This document shows positions 12,436 through 26,144 of a DNA stretch of 64,000 bases, piece by piece. Every line of letters begins with the position of its first letter. Position 1 is the first letter of the stretch. The translations under genes and the position numbers were made by a program. Below the pieces are notes generated by a model that made no database searches, was not told the origin of the DNA, and saw nothing but the letters and a program-made list of their open reading frames with translations. The stretch comes from Octopus vulgaris (Eukaryota), in assembly GCA_951406725.2 (NCBI GenBank), contig OX597831.1, positions 61,814,001-61,878,000 on the forward strand, given 5' to 3'.

Positions 12436-13562
12436 AAACCACTCATTCTATTTGACTCTTCCCTCTGCTTCTTATCACTCATTCCCCACTATCTCCACTC
12501 TGCAGTCTTTAAACCTATAGACATGTAAACGTTGCTAGAAAACACGTCTTTGCCACCTTGCTTTTGAGAAAAAAACGCCGAATTTACTTCCACAATTATC
12601 CCGGGATACATATCTATGATATCATACACATGTTGCATATGGTTATTAAATATTAGATATTAAATATTAGATATTAGATATTCACATTACAATAATTATT
12701 AGATAATTTGAATAATGTATAATTTCTAATTTAAATAAATTTTAGAGATTATAATGGTGTCTATTTACTTCTGACTCTCTGCGTGTGTGTGTATCAACGT
12801 ATGTATGTATGTATGTATGTATGTATGTATGTATGTATGTATGTATGTATGTATGTATGTATGTATGTATATGTGTGTGTTTATGTATATGTAGGTATGT
12901 ATATATATATATGCATATATATACGTACACAAAAACACACAGACACACGCATATATGTATATATATATATATGTGTGTGTATGTATGTGTGTCTATTTTA
13001 TATATATATATATATATATATATGTCTATTATGTGAAGACCGTGACTTAGTCACTTATACAGTGGATGACATGCAAATACTGTCTTGTTTTGTTTTTACT
13101 GTCCTGTTCTTGTCATCATTTCGCTTGTGTTGTATGTCTTGTACTCTGTTTTTTCGTTGTTTGAAAAAGTCTGTTTCCATGATTTTACTTTTATGTTTTC
13201 GTTTCTCGCTGCGTTCTACGATTTCTTTTTTGTGTCCTGTACCCATATATGCATGTATATATATATATATATTGATGTAGGTATGTACATATATGTATGT
13301 ATGCATGCATATATTTTATTTTTTAATTTGTTATTATATGATCGAACACCACGCATCCACTTCCAAGTAAGTTTTATATATATATATATACGTACAGACT
13401 TGAGAGGTTTTAGTTGAACGAAGCCACCCCAGAGCTTATTTTTTTTAGAAATATGTTACTTAATCTATCGGTCTTTTGCCCGAACCACTAAGTTACGGAG
13501 ATTTGAACCAACACCGATTGTCCACTGGTAGTGGGGGACGAATATTAAAACTCATACATATA

Positions 13563-13599
<37 letters not shown>

Positions 13600-13600
<1 letters not shown>

Positions 13601-13912
13601 CGGATAAAGAACCCCTTCGGTCATGAATGACCATGGGAATGCACCTAGATAGTTACCCTCTGAGGTACAAGTCAGAGCAAGGTTGTTTAGGGTAGAACAG
13701 TAGTCGCCCATACATACCAATCTCCCCTCCCCACACTACCGATGTTATCCAAGGCAACTGTGACGTCGCAACTCATTTCTACAGCTGAGTGAACTGGAAA
13801 TGCGTAAAATAAAGTGTGTTACTCAAGAGCACAACACAGCCCGGTCTGGGAATCGAACTCACTACCTCATGATTGTGAACCCGATGCTCCAACCACAGAG
13901 CCATGCGCTTTC
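13600..13912 (-). mobile_element. tRNA-derived SINE (family C-like head, different tail)
   Basis: Minus-strand head with GTTCGATTCCCAGACCGGG; shared CAGCTGAGTGAACTGG body. Confidence 0.7.
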
Positions 13913-14022
13913 ATTTTATATATATAAATATGTGACAGTATTGTAGTTTGCTTGAAGTATTGTGTATTATTTGTAAAAATAAATAAATAAATAAACAATA
14001 ATAATAACAATAATAATAATAA

Positions 14023-14089
<67 letters not shown>

Positions 14090-14090
<1 letters not shown>

Positions 14091-14280
14091 GACAAATACA
14101 TAACAAAAACACCAGGACTTACAAACACATAACATACAGAAAATTGCACTACTAGGCACTTCACACATCCTACGCAGAACACTTTCCATACAGCAACCAT
14201 CGGAGCATCACAACAAATCACAGCACATACCCAAGGCACACAGAGCTGCGCTCGGTAGTGAAGTGAAAGCACGCTATAAA
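14090..14280 (+). mobile_element. Extreme 3' end of R4/Dong-like LINE inserted in (TAA)n
   Basis: IQKIALLGTSHILRRTLS C-terminus; (TAA)n on both sides. Confidence 0.75.
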
Positions 14281-14321
<41 letters not shown>

Positions 14322-14399
14322 TGATAATAATGTGTTTTGAATGGCATAACAATGCACTATAACAACAATGGACTATAATATCTGTTGTAATTTAATCAG

Positions 14400-14993
14400 G
14401 CATAGTCTGATATAATGCTTCGGAATATAAAAATCCCTTCTTCAGATATCGCTAGGAATTGATCGAGTCACTGCTATAATCGATTTTCCAACGATTTTTT
14501 TTTCTTTTTATTCCCAGATGCGTTTCTGTACTGGCCTCACGAAGCTCCTTCCGGAATTCCGCGTGAGAAGTGCGTGAGGGCGACCTTAGATTACCAAAAT
14601 TTCTTTCACCTTAGATTACCAAAATTTCTTTCACTGGCCTCAGTTGTGACTTTTATGCTTTTGTCGGTGTTCCGGCATCTGTCTAGATGTTTTCTGAAGA
14701 GAGAGACTCTCGTGTTCAGATGTTCTTTGATGCGAACGTGTAACGGTCTTATTGTGCTACCCACATAGAACTTGTTGCATTTGTTACATTGTATTCTATA
14801 CACAACATTTACCCGTTGGCATAAGTCTGTGTCACGGATGGGACAGTTTGCTAGTGTGCATTAGTTGCTGCCCCTTATCCGTTTCCTTGTGCGGTGTCTT
14901 CTCAAAGAGGGGTCGGAGTGGGCTAGTTGTGTGTCTAGTCCTTCTTTTCTTATAGTTCTTTGGATGGTTGAAGCTACCCTCTCGCTAAAATGG

Positions 14994-14995
<2 letters not shown>
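14400..14995 (-). mobile_element. Penelope-like element 3' part: GIY-YIG endonuclease remnant plus pLTR
   Basis: YRIQCNKCNKFYVGSTIRPLHVRIKEHL (14606-14803); IPHFSERVAS upstream; decayed hammerhead downstream. Confidence 0.85.
14409..14450 (-). ncRNA. Decayed minimal type-I hammerhead motif
   Basis: GAUAU CUGAAGA A GGGAU uuuuau AUUCC GAAG CA UU AUAUC: stems I and II intact; GAAA>GAAG and CG>CA changes. Confidence 0.55.
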
Positions 14996-15064
<69 letters not shown>

Positions 15065-16782
15065 ACATACATACATGCATATATATACATATGTATACAT
15101 CTCTCTCTCTCTCTATATATATATATATACACACATGTATATGCATATTTACATATACATATGTACATACATGTGTGTGTATGTGTTTCAGTTTCCCTCT
15201 AATAAATCCACTCACATGGATTTGGTCGGCCTGGGGCAAAAGTAGAAAACACTTGCCCTGGGTTGTACACAGCAAGACTGAACCCAGAACCATGTAGTTG
15301 GGAAGCAAATTTTTTACGACACAAAGAGACCACAGCAGAAAACGAAGAGTCGGATTATTAATTTTTATATCGAGTAAGTGACTGAGTGTCCATTTTCCAA
15401 GATGATAGGATGTGATCTGAAAGCGATTTGGTTTCTAATCCTAGCCGCTTGAGCTATCAAACAGAGGCTGTCACATGGGTATTTATGATATGAAGTAGAT
15501 GTTTGCTTTATTCCTAATTTCTCATGCGCTTAGGTAGAGACAACTTCCTAAGCGATGAGCTTAAGACGTTGCCTCTCCAAGACAGCTTTGCTTGAACTGA
15601 CCTATCACGCACGCCCATCTAGTTTGAAATACTAGTAGTAGACGTTTGAATGAGTTACGGGGCAGTGGGATCGATACCAATTCCTTATGACTGCAAAGCG
15701 AAATTCTTTAGCGTGTGGTTGTCTCAAAGCCGACCAAAAGTGTAGTTGGTAATATTTTTAGAATTTCTAATCCTTTGCACTTTTCAGTTAATATCATTTA
15801 ATGTTTCTGTCGGAAATTATCCATCCATGTTTATGTGTGCGTATGTATATGAGCACACACACACACACACACACGCGCATGCACACGCACACACACGCAC
15901 ACACACACATACACACACACAAACACACACGCGCACACACATGTGTACATACACAATGAAATATATGGTTTATATATTCTTGTACAAATTTAAGGTAGCA
16001 CTAATTGAATTTTTCTTTATGTGGGTTTGATGGTTCTTTAAATTAACACCAGGTTTTGAACTCATACACCTACTTAAGAATAATCAAATATACTAAACCT
16101 GATTATCTTTTTTTACATCCTACAATACTATTCCTGTGGATTAGACATTATATTTCAAGTGAAGTTGAGTAAATGTTTTTGTTGTTGCTTATGATTTTAT
16201 TTGATTTTATTTTTGTCATTTTATGTAGGTCATTGATTAGCATAGTTCACGTTTTTTTAAACTTTATTATTTATTTATCTATTTGTGAAATCCTTAATTT
16301 TCCTATATAATGGCTTTTCGCAGAATTCCTACTCACAGACCACTTATAATGTAAAAAACACACACAAAAAAAAAAGATCTCAACACAGCGAAGTAATTTC
16401 TTTTGCATGCTTATTTGCAATGTTTCTAAAAGCTTCGATGTGCATATAGTGGGTTTTGCGATATAAAGAATCGGTGGGGAATGAAAATACGAGATTATAA
16501 ATTTTAGTTCGCTTAGAACATTCCAGGAAAAGTATGTACGCTCTAATTGTATTAACCTTTTACAAGAGTTCATGTATCGGTCGTACCTGTTCAAATACAT
16601 TTTAACATTAATGAACATAGACGTACAATATATTTGAAGCTTTCTGTGTATTAAGCATAATCCACTAGTTGAAAAATTTAATTCATATAATAGTACTTCC
16701 TTAGACACATATACACGCCTTGACGTACACACACATCTTTATTATATATACATATATTCACACATCTGTTTACATATTTATA

Positions 16783-17065
16783 TGTGGAGGCGCAATGGCC
16801 TAGTGGTTAGGGCAGCGGACTCGCCGTCGTAGGATCGCGGTTTCGATTCCCAGACCGGGCGTTGTGAGTGTTTATTGAGCGAAAACACTTAACGCTCCAC
16901 AAGGCTCCGGTAGGGGGTGGTGGCGATCCCTGCTGTACTCTTTGGCTACAACTTTCTCTCACTCTTTCTTCTATTGGCCTGCTCATTTGAAGGCTAAAAC
17001 AATGCAAAGTGCATTGTGACCAGCGATGTGTAGCAACATCTGATAGCCTGATCGGTCACGGTGAT
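16783..17065 (+). mobile_element. SINE family C
   Basis: Same head as 7756; tail ...CTGATCGGTCACGGTGATA as at 24246. Confidence 0.85.
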
Positions 17066-17104
<39 letters not shown>

Positions 17105-17759
17105 TGCATGTATGTTTGTACATGTGTATATATTAAGTACATGTGTATGCATATATATGCATGTGTATGTATGTGTGCATACATACATACAAGCATACAC
17201 ACATGCAGGCATAAATGCCTCTGAGTGTGTGTGTGTGTGTGTATGTGTGTGTGTATTAAAAATCACTTAAAGTCTTGTGAAGTACAGGTACCCAGGGTTT
17301 CCTGACCGAAATATTAATTTAATTCGCCATTTCTCAAGAGGGTAAAAACAACCAGACCGTTCAGCTAATTGTATTTGATACAATTGACGTTTCAATGAAC
17401 ATGTGAATATAGAACAAGACAGAGAGAAACGCAGAGGAAATGATGAACTTCACGATAAATATAACCAGTATTTTACGAATATCAAATATTACATGAAAAA
17501 CACCAGAACCGTTTATGATGTGTCGGATGCTTTATGCCAGCTTGATAAACGGTGAAATAAATTAATATATCGACCAAGAAAATCCCTGGGTAATTTTTTT
17601 AACTGATCGAGTGCTTTAATACTTGTCGAAAATTATACAATATACATATACGTACATATTATACAATATACATATACAATAATTATACATACATACAAAC
17701 ATACATACATACATACATATACATACATACATGTACGTACATACACACGCATATATGTA

Positions 17760-19007
17760 TATTATTATTCATTTTATTTCAAGATTTCTTACCAATAGAG
17801 AAAGAACCGATTTCTAATCTAGATCCAAGTCTCCTTCATTGGAATTTCAACATCAACACCAGAGTATTTTTGTTTGTTTGTTTGTATGTATGTATGCATG
17901 TATGTGTGCGCAGATTTGTATGTTTTATGTTTGTATTCTCATGCATATTGCTGCACATCTAGATATGCTCATATATATTTAAATGCTAAACTTCTGGTAA
18001 GTTTTACAGATTTTTACAGTTCTAGTGATAGATTGGATCTGTGGTCTTCGAATTAGCTTTCTCTTTTCTGGTTTTGAGAAGCCTAATTTCTCAAAATTGG
18101 TATTTACACAGTGTGTTACATATACCAGGGCCCCAATAATTACAGTTATAAACCTGAACTTGTAATCTGGATAGAGTAACTACATATTTCTCAATAGTTC
18201 AGCATGGGTGTTCTCGTTTTCACTGATCTTCAGCTTTGTTAACACCTGCTGGGCAGCTATTTCCGCAACTGTGCACAGTTTCTCTTATCTATCCCAAAAC
18301 ATTATATCAGGTCTGTCTTGCTTACACTTTATTGAGGTCTTCACTGGTACATTCCACCAGTATTCCCTTTTATTATGAGTGCCTATGGCTTCTACTATAT
18401 TGTGGGTCCTTATTTCTTTGTCCTCGGCATTATCCTTCCGATAGATTTCATTATAGAGTGTCCTAGCTACAACATCATATCTCATCAGTAGATAATACTG
18501 TGGTGACATTTTCAGACAACTGCTTATGATGTAGGTGATATCTTCAGTGTGAACTCCACAAAGTTTGCATCGGTTGTCACGTTTTTCGGCTTTCCTTGTA
18601 TTTCTATCCCTTTTTTACATCAGGTACTTGGTTGATATTTCCTGTTCCTGGGTTGCAAACGCATACCCTTCAAAGTGGGAGGTAGTAATCCAGCTATTGG
18701 TTCATGATAAACTGCTTTGATGGATAATGTTACTATAATCACGGAGATTTCTACTAGCATATCCATGCATAGTCTTCTGCTCTTATAGGCTCATCCTTTT
18801 ATCTGATGTTACGTCGCTGTAGAGTCGTGCGACTTCTTTGGACATGTATTCTAGGTTATCAGACAAAGATTGTTGCTCAAGGAGCTGCCTTCCAAGTCTT
18901 ATGATGTATCAGCCTCATGTATGCAAACTTGCTTAAGGGATGCACTTCGACACTTGGTGGTTATACGATGTTGCCAAAGGGATAGGATACGACATTGAAA
19001 GGCATTT
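17760..19007 (-). mobile_element. R4/Dong-like LINE 3' half (Zn knuckle, restriction-like endonuclease, 3' UTR)
   Basis: RYDVVARTLYNEI...YWWNVPVKTSIKCKQDRPDIMFWD; colinear with 49230-50278. Confidence 0.85.
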
Positions 19008-19039
19008 GTATGTATGTAATTTATGTATGTATGTATGTA

Positions 19040-19595
19040 TGTATTTTTGTATGTATGTATGTATCTTTTGTTTGTAATCATTAAATCCTTCCTTTGAAGA
19101 GGGAGCTGATTTCTTACACAGATACAAAGCTCCATCTTCGGAATGTAAATAACGAAAAGAACGCTGGATTTTAAATCTGAGAAAAATCTTGCCTAGTCTT
19201 GCTGTTCCCCTTACAGATTGTATTTGTAATGTGCGAATCAGTTGGTTGATTTCTTTTTCTGAAAATCTAAGTATATCCAGACTAAAGGTTAGGCATTTAC
19301 TTACAATACCAAGTGCCACGATTATTATTGATACAGATGTAAATTTGTAATCCGGATGTAGAAGCAGGAGTTTTCGAAGCTGTTGTCTATAATTATCTTC
19401 TTTCTCTTTGACTTTCAAAGAGATATTCACAATAGCAGGGCAGCTGGCCTCAATGATGGTACATACTTTTACTTGTCTGTCTCAAACAATAATATCCGGT
19501 TTATTACGGTTACACTTGACAAATGTTTTCATGGGAATATTCTACTAGTATTCCTTATGTTTATGTTTGTGTATGTATTCAATGACCGGGGTATT
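19040..19595 (-). mobile_element. R4/Dong-like LINE 3' end, second subfamily
   Basis: NISLKVKEKEDNYRQQLRKLLLLHPDYKFTSVSIIIVALG. Confidence 0.75.
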
Positions 19596-19654
19596 CTCTA
19601 TATTCATTCCATGTATGTATGTATGTATGTATGTATATGTATTGTTGTAATCAA

Positions 19655-20112
19655 TAGCTATGCCCTCTTGAGAAATCTCGAGTTGCGCATAAGAAAGTAA
19701 GGAGGGATGTCAGGAAGGGCATCGCTGTTACGCTTCCAGATGGGAAGGGTCTGGCTATGATGCTGACATGCAGTGTCTCTGCAAGACACTGCCTCAGTAA
19801 AGCTGGACTCAAGAGTCATCTTTGTAGTCATGAGTGACAACCTAGCCACTGGTGGTGGTATTACACACCATACTAATCATATCTGCATGTGGAAGAGAGT
19901 GTAATTCGGTAGGAGGACTTAAACAACATGCAAAGCTACATGAAGCCCAGTTACAACTACAGCCGGCTATTGCCGGTAAAGGTTTTAGCTGCCAATTCTG
20001 TACAAGACATTGTAGATCTTTAGCTGGGCTAAAAAGTCACATTCGATCACAGCACCAATAACAGTTAAGCTTCGTGCAATGGCCATACTCGATAATGACG
20101 TGGCAGCCGCCA
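19655..20112 (+). mobile_element. 3' end of RTE-type LINE with two C2H2 zinc fingers
   Basis: CGRECNSVGGLKQHAKLH and CQFCTRHCRSLAGLKSHIRSQH immediately before a stop and short 3' UTR. Confidence 0.6.
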
Positions 20113-20250
20113 TGTATTGTTGTAGAGAGGAAGGTATATATTTATGTATTGGTGCGTCATTACACCAATAACAATAAACACTATATCACTTCTTTAGTGT
20201 TAATCAATCGGTTAAATATCCAACCAACAAATCGATCATCTGTTTAATGT

Positions 20251-20449
20251 GTTGGTTAAAAAGAATCAATAGGTTGTTTGTTTGTCAAAGTCCTTTCGTC
20301 GCATTTTATGACCTCATTAATGATGTGCGCTCTCTCTTCAAGGTCAGACTCAAGGCAGACCTCGAATAAAGAGGGCAAGCCAACGAAGAGATCGCGAATA
20401 GCGATAAAAGTACTTCGGCAAGAAAACAACCGATTGCTTGTTTAACAAA
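20251..20449. repeat. Old palindromic element (MITE-like)
   Basis: AATAGGTTGTTTGTTTGTCAAAGTCCTTTCGTCGC mirrors GCGATAAAAGTACTTCGGCAAGAAAACAACCGATT. Confidence 0.55.
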
Positions 20450-20454
20450 CGATC

Positions 20455-20649
20455 TTTTACTGCTTTCAGTCATTTGACCGCAGCCATGCTGGAGTTTTGG
20501 TCGAATAAATCGACCCTAGGACATATTTCTTAAGCCAAGGATTTATTCTATTGTTATCTCTTGCCGAACCGCTAAATTACGGGAAAGTAAACACACTAAC
20601 ACCGGTTGTCAAGAGATGATGGGAAACAAACACAGACACAAAGACACAC

Positions 20650-20692
<43 letters not shown>

Positions 20693-20850
20693 CGACGGGC
20701 TTCTTTCAGTTTCTGTCTACCAAATTCACTCAGAAGGATATGGTCGGCCTGAGGCTATCGTAGAAGACACTTGCCCAAAGTGCTACGAAGTGAGACTGAA
20801 CCCTGTACCATGTGATTGAGAAACAAGCTTCTTACCACACACTCACGCCT
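20455..20850 (-). mobile_element. SINE family A
   Basis: Homology to family A copies. Confidence 0.8.
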
Positions 20851-20857
20851 TTGGCAA

Positions 20858-20897
<40 letters not shown>

Positions 20898-20926
20898 GTA
20901 TATATATATAATTTATTATATAGAAG

Positions 20927-20976
20927 GAGCTTCTACAGGACTAGAACTGTTTCATTCAAGAGAAATCTTCAGGAAG

Positions 20977-20979
<3 letters not shown>
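20927..20979 (-). ncRNA. Type-I hammerhead motif in a ~70-bp insert inside (TA)n
   Basis: GAGCUUC CUGAAGA U UUC ucuu GAA U GAAA CAG uucuaguc CUG UA GAAGCUC: 7-bp stem I, intact core, GUA site. Confidence 0.8.
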
Positions 20980-21071
<92 letters not shown>

Positions 21072-22664
21072 GGTGGTAGATTTATGTGCGTATGTTTGTG
21101 CAGATTACAGACGGGTGAGTATGTGAAAGCGGATCACAAGTAAATAGCTTGATCACGAAAGCGTGTTTTACAAACATACACACACCCTCGATTAATTCTT
21201 CTCTTTATTTATATACATATGGTATATTTTAACTTAAAACATATGATGGACGTATGATATTTGTATTATAAATTTATAATGAAGTAATGTTATCTTCATG
21301 TCGTGTCTATGAGAATTATCTAGAAAAATTACATCTGATATCATTTTAATTTGCTACAGTATGACCATAACTGTATGGGTTTATACAAATAATCATTGTA
21401 TTATTGCATAAGCTTACAAAACGTCACTAAATTATAAAAGTACATACATATTAACACATTATTTTACAAAATTGGTTTTTTGGTTGTTTATTTGCGTTTT
21501 AGATTATTATTCCCAGATACAATTAATATTAATCAGAAATACAATATTTCGAGGCTGTAAATTTTTAATACCATACCTCATTTCTTACTGTTTCCCTTTA
21601 TTTCATTAATTACGTACAAAACACAATCAACTTTATTGATTTGTTAGTTTCATATTAACTTTAGCTTGCTGCAGTGCTGTTCAAGGTCATCAGGTTATTT
21701 CGAAGGTCACTAAACCTTGTTGGTTTTAATGTATTTATTTCATTTCATTATATTTTCCATAGGTCATCGATTAGTTAGAGTGACCCACATGCTGCTTCCT
21801 GCAAAAGCAATTTTAATGATGCCATTTTTCTTTTAGAAAATAAAGAAGCATGAAATAATATCTGGAAAAATAAAAGAATATTTTCGAAGGAAGCAATTTA
21901 ACATTTAATTCAGAGGTAGTATAGCATGCTGTATATAGTCGCAGTTCCCAGAATCTTTTGAAATATTCTTTTCCATTTTTCCAGCTTTTGTCTTTTCTGT
22001 AAAATGTCTGTTAATATTTAGTTACTTTCCTTTAAAGTTGTGCTTTTAAATTCCACCAGAATCCCAATTATCTTTTCTTCTAGAGTCGATAAAATGTATT
22101 CTAGTTCAGTAAACTACTGAGTTTGATTTAATTTCCTCTGCTTAATATACAAATATGTGTTCGTGTGGCAGTGCTAGACATCAAATTTTCATTATTGCTA
22201 CTTAGGTATTTCTTCCCAATGCTTTTAAACTAAATACAGAAGAAAGCAATTGTTCAAGGAGACTTACAATTTTGTTCTCGAGTCTACAGGACAAATTTTC
22301 CTAAATGCATTCTTATACTTTTTCCATCACTATAGATTCTGTGGATAGTTGCCGATATTTTATGTTAATGATAGATTAAATATAACGCTTCCTTGCCATC
22401 CTCCGGGGTAGCACCTTTCCAATTTTGTCTGCTGGAGCCATGAGAAATGCCTCTATATTGTGAGACGCGAGATTTTGTTCTAGTTTACATTAATTTGTCC
22501 TTCATGTTAGCCCCCGTAATCTTTGAATTAGGTCAAGTACAGTCTATTTCCAATCCAAATGTGATTAACACTCAGTACTAATCGAAATTTTGATAATAGT
22601 GTAAATATGTAATACTGATGCCTAACCTTAGCACTGGACTACATCATTATTAGGTGATGCTATA

Positions 22665-23247
22665 TTGGTCTCAAATTTTGACACAAGGCCAGCAATTTCG
22701 GGGAAGGAGTTAAGGAGATTGTATCGACCCCAGTACACAACTGGTACTTATCTTATCGACAAAGAAAGAATGAATGGCGAAGTCATTTGAACGGCATTTG
22801 AATGGTAGAATTTGAACTCAGCAAGTGAAGACGGACGAAATGCCTATTTCCTTACTGCTCACAAGGGGCTAAACACAGAGGGGACAAACAAGGACAGACA
22901 AACGGATTAAGTCGATTATATCGCCCCCAGTGTTTAACTGGTGCTTATTTAATCGAAAGGATGAAAGGCAAAGTTGACCTCAGCGGAATTTGAACTCTGA
23001 ACGTAGCGGCAGACGAAATATCTATTTCTTTACTACCCACAAGCGGCTAAACACACAGAGGACAAACAAGGACAGACAAACGGATTAAGTCGATTATATC
23101 GCCCCAGTGTGTAACTGGTGCTTATTTAATCGATAGGATGAAAGGCAAAGTTGACCTCGGCGGAATTTGAACTCAGAACGTAACGGCAGACGAAATACCG
23201 ATAAGCATTTCGCCTGGCGTGCTAACGGTTCTGGTAGCTCACCGTCT
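22665..23247 (-). mobile_element. SINE family B tandem units
   Basis: Head at 23247, then repeated ~180-bp bodies. Confidence 0.85.
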
Positions 23248-23659
23248 TAGATTATACAATAATATTGATAGATATTTTATGAGACACAAACGTACGTGAA
23301 AGTCGCTTTATGGTAGCATTTGAACTCACTAACTAATCATAAGTAATTAAATACTGCAAGACGGTCCAGTATGCTGTTAAGCATCATATATTGCACCATG
23401 TTTCTATTAGACACAATTGTTGTCCTTTCTCCGAAAATTGCAAGTTTAAAGTATATAGATATAATTGAAGAAGCTGTACTAGGTAAAAGAAAGATTGTTA
23501 AAGATGAGTTGTATCATACGCATATGCACACATACATATATATGTATATACGTGTGTATATACATGTTAAATAAAATGAGACAACAAAGCCAAGGCTGTG
23601 TGGGGTTTTCAGGACATTTATAAAGAGAGTCATATATATATATATATGTGTGTGTGTGG

Positions 23660-23726
<67 letters not shown>

Positions 23727-24098
23727 CTAGCAGTATCGCCCGGCGTTGCTCGGGTTTGTAAGGGAAATAACTATAAAGCATTTTTAGAGAGTTATAGCCA
23801 AAAAATGGGGAAAAAAATGATGGTAAATTTTTTTTGGTTAAAAAGGTCGAGTTGCGCCCCCTAGACAGTCTGGTTTGTGTTTCTGATTCTCGACACCATG
23901 TCGAATTTATCGATTTTTTTCAGAACTGGGGGAACTTTTCAAAATTTTCGCTGCGTTAGTTTTGAATTATGACATTGGGCTATGTGTGTGTCAAGTTTCA
24001 TCAGAATCGGTTGAAAGCCGTGGTCAGGGTGAGGGTACAACCTAACAGACACACAGAAACACACACAGACAAACTGCCGTTTATATATAGAGAGAAGA
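23727..24098 (-). mobile_element. Non-autonomous Helitron
   Basis: Minus strand starts A|TCTTCTCTCTATATATAAA and ends CCCGAGCAACGCCGGG hairpin + CGATACTG CTAG|T. Confidence 0.8.
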
Positions 24099-24550
24099 TA
24101 TTGGCCTGCTCGCTTAGCCAGCGGGGTAGCCTCATTCGAAGGCTAAAACAATGCGAACGCATTGTGACCAGCGATGTATAACAACATCTGATGGTCTGCT
24201 CGGTCACGTGATCACGTGATATATATATATATATATATATACACATGTGGAGGCGCAATGGCCCAGTGGTTAGGGCAGTGGACTCGTGGTCGGAGGATCA
24301 CAGTTTCGATTCCCAGACCGGGCGTTGAAGTGATTATTGAGCGAAAACGCCTAAAAGCTCCACGACACTCCGGCAGGGGATGGTGGCGATCCCTGATGTA
24401 TTCTTTCGCCACTCTTTCTGTCTCTCTTTTTTATGTTGGTCTGCTCACTTAGCCAGCAGGGTGGCGTCATTTGAAGGCTGAAACAATGCGAAGTGCATTG
24501 TGACCAGCGATGTGTAGCAACATCTGATAGCCTGGTCGATCACGGTGATA
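24099..24550 (+). mobile_element. SINE family C tail fragment (24099-24220) plus full copy (24246-24550)
   Basis: Homology to 16783. Confidence 0.85.
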
Positions 24551-25313
24551 TATACGCATAATGTTTACGTATATATATATATATATATATACACACACAA
24601 TGTATGTGTGTGTGCGCGCGCAACCATCTAGAATGACGAATTAAGACGATCAATTTGTGTATTTGCTGTGAGTAAATATTTGAGCCTACAACGAAATACT
24701 GCGTAAGATCTGCAGTGTACTAGTACTGAACTATACAGAATTACAATAAACTGCCTTACAGTAGCGCTTCAAACTCGACAATACGCAAAGAAAGAAGACA
24801 AATGAACTAGAATGGTCCTATGAGAACAAAACCTTCTCCACGACAACAGTACAAACACAAAAGCATTAGAATAATATGTGGTTTTTATTTTATAAAAATG
24901 CACGATGTTCAGCTAGAATACAATATATTTTCCTTCATTGATGGAATTAATTCACACGTATATGTTCATATGTTTGCCTCTGGAAATATTTGCCTAATTG
25001 TAAAAACACATCTGTATATAGATATAAGTATGTATGTATGAATATGTATGTATGAGTATGCTTGTGTGTGTGTTTTTTTTTTGTCTAAAAATGTATTAAC
25101 ATAAGAGAGTACGCTGTACAGATGTAGAGTAGCATACGCGTATTGTAATGACATGCGCAAGTGGTGGTGAACGAACCGACCCATTTATTTGAGTAAGGAA
25201 CATATGGTATGTTTCTCGTTTATCGGAGTTGTTTCTTTAAGTGCATGGTTATTTAAATCGGTTGAGATGTAGAACACATGCAATATCGGAAAAAAATTTC
25301 AAAGGTGAACAAA

Positions 25314-25478
25314 GGCGCAGGAGTGGCTGAGTGGTAAATAGCTTGCTTACCAACCACATGGTTCCGGGTTCAGTCCCACTGCGTGGCACCTTGGGCAAGT
25401 ATCTTCCATTATAGCCTCGGGCCGACCAAAGCCTTGCGAGTGGATTTGGTAGAGAGAAACCGAAAGAAATCCGTCGTA

Positions 25479-25527
<49 letters not shown>

Positions 25528-25750
25528 GTGTGCGTGTGTGTTTGTGTGTCTGTGTTTGTCCCCTCCAACATCGCTTGACAACCGATGCTGGTAAAATTAG
25601 CGGTTCGGCAAAAGAGACCGATAGAATAAATACTGGGCTTACAAAAAGAATAAGTCCCGGGGTCGAGTTGCTCGATTAAAGGTGGTGCTCCAGCATGGCC
25701 GCAGTCAAATGACTGAAACAAGTAAAAGAGTAAAAGAGTAAAAGAGTAAA
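25314..25750 (+). mobile_element. SINE family A, full length, (GTAAAAGA)n tail
   Basis: tRNA-like head; tail repeats AGTAAAAG. Confidence 0.9.
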
Positions 25751-26144
25751 GCACCATAAATGACAAGGCGAGTGTCTGTAGCTAAAATGAACGTGTGGAA
25801 TTAAATCAAACAATAATTTAAGTAAAACCAATCAATAAGTAAAGGGGAGATTCTTGACGTTTTAATCCGGTAGTAATATAAATTTTTAGAATTTAAACAA
25901 GAATTTGTCTGCGTTGTCACTTAACAAAAACATGAAATTTTTCTATTCAGATAATCACAGATAATTGAATGAGTTCTTATAAATAAGCTTGATATACATA
26001 TGCATAAATAGACTCATACATATATATGTTTGCATGTGTCTGTGCGTTGTATGTTCGTATACGCATATATAAATGTGTATGAGTATTTGTGTGTGTCTGT
26101 GTGTGGCCCACAAGGCGTGCTCCTTGACTAAAAACGTTCCCATC

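Noticed and set aside
14512-14550. Second hammerhead (minus strand GAAACGCAUCUGGG)
   Set aside because: Only the 3' half is recognisable; no CUGANGA or matching stem I
16271-16732. 153-aa ORF in apparently unique AT-rich DNA
   Set aside because: No recognisable domain or splice support; consistent with chance
19852-20061. C2H2 zinc-finger ORF as a host zinc-finger gene
   Set aside because: No TGEKP linkers or splice evidence; context fits an RTE LINE C-terminus
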